Assembly (NCBI GenBank): GCA_965261975.1
Contig: CBDHEC010000024.1
Coordinates: 43,700 to 107,699, forward strand
Length of the DNA: 64,000 bases
Direction: 5' to 3'
Source of the DNA: Alphaproteobacteria bacterium
GTDB taxonomy: Bacteria; Pseudomonadota; Alphaproteobacteria; UBA6615
Part shown: one piece after another, positions 63,009 through 64,000 of the stretch
How the letters are laid out: every line of letters starts with the position of its first letter
Position numbering within the stretch: the first letter of the stretch is position 1
Translations under genes and position numbers: made by a program
The notes under the pieces: generated by a model
Databases searched by the model: none
What the model was told of the DNA's origin: nothing
Seen by the model: the letters and a program-made list of their open reading frames with translations, nothing else

Positions 63009-63121
63009 CGGGCTCCCCCGTCCCAGATCGCGACAACACAGGCGTTCTTGGCGCGCCCTCGTTCAGGCCCACACAGTAATTTTCTTATTGTGGAATCGCA
63101 ACCGGCAGTCGGCGTTATTTG

Positions 63122-63941
63122 CTAGATCCCGCCGTCCTGTCCGTGCACGTGATAGCCGATATCGCGGGCCGGTTTGTTGCCGTCGCTGTCGACCCCGGTC
63201 GGCAGCCAGGCGCACAGGTTGGCCCCGGGGGACCAGACGGTCTCGCAGGGACCCGGCACGAAGAACTCGACGAACACGAAGTCGCTGTCGGTCTCGTTGA
63301 TGAAGGCGTGGGGTTCGTGCTGATAGTTGTAGAGCACGTCGCCCGCGCGCAGGCGGTGGGCCGTGCCATCGAGCATCGCCGTCCCCTCGCCGGCCACCAC
63401 ATACTGGAAGTGCTCCGCCCCCACATGATGATGCTCGGGTGCCGCCGTGCCCGGCGGGTAGGAGATCATTTCGCCCTTGAAGGCCTTGGTGCCCGCAAGC
63501 CCCGGCGTGGCCATGTAGACACGGGTGCGCGCGTCATGCTCGGACTGCAGGACGGGTTCCCGCGTCCAGTCCCACATGGACCAGCTCACCCGGCATATCG
63601 GCGATGTCGTCGTCGAAGCGCGCCGCGTCAGGCACCCGGGCGAACAGGATCCGGGTGTCCGCGTTTCCGACGTGGAAGGCACCGGCGAAACCGAACGGCA
63701 GATAGGTGATGTGTTTGGTGTCGAGCGGGTTCTCGTTCAGCGTACCCGCGCCTTCGAGGACCTGCAGCCAGCCGACCATGCCGGCATCCAGTGCAATCTC
63801 GAAACGACCATCTGCCGCAACCGCAACATGATCCAGCTCGATCTGGTCGTTGCCGATAACGTCGGCGGTCAACAGCCGGGTGACCTGGCACCCATCCCGT
63901 GCAACGGCAGTGGTTTCATCTTCGCGCACGATAACCGGCAT
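63122..63941 (-). pseudogene. Two-domain cupin protein, frameshifted (+1 G); probably intact in vivo
   Basis: N-half MPVIVRED...GELVHV (start 63941, GGAGGA RBS) and C-half DWTREPVLQSEHD...PEHHHVGAEHFQYV...EPHAF. Removing one C from 63571-63573 joins them. Confidence 0.82.
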
Positions 63942-64000
63942 CTCGTCCTCCCCAGGCAATTTGCACCGGCGCCCCCAAGAACGCCCACGCCTCTGCAAAC

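Overview
GC-rich (roughly 65-68% by eye) bacterial DNA that looks alphaproteobacterial and is almost fully coding (about 60 genes). I saw no rRNA, tRNA, CRISPR array, transposase or integrase. Left part (1-22 kb): an ABC transporter fragment, an FprA-type ferredoxin-NADP reductase with 2-oxoacid:ferredoxin oxidoreductase korAB, heme A synthase, a DNA-repair block (photolyase, PdeM nuclease, Lhr helicase, split by an orphan secreted-protein gene), and a COG0523 GTPase / hisI / dihydroorotase group. Middle (21-37 kb): an aerobic benzoyl-CoA cluster (boxC, boxB, benzoate-CoA ligase, ABC importer) with no boxA, boxD or boxR in the window, joined to a RidA-SDR-MarR-OYE module resembling the accessory genes of 2-aminobenzoyl-CoA (abm) clusters. 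This hybrid is the best candidate for an undescribed system. Right part (37-64 kb): a mosaic of catabolic genes, including a split ACAD10/11-like kinase and acyl-CoA dehydrogenase, two FadB-like enzymes, two GGT-family Ntn hydrolases (one HpxW-like), a translationally coupled pair of LigF/PcpC-like GSTs, CatC-, CMD- and DLH-fold proteins, a luciferase-like monooxygenase, and a cupin-coxG-coxMSL-like molybdenum hydroxylase operon. Three clear and one possible single-base insertions in the last 12 kb, and a perfect 87-bp tandem duplication, are probably sequencing or assembly artefacts. All product calls come from recognising motifs in the supplied translations; no database search was run.
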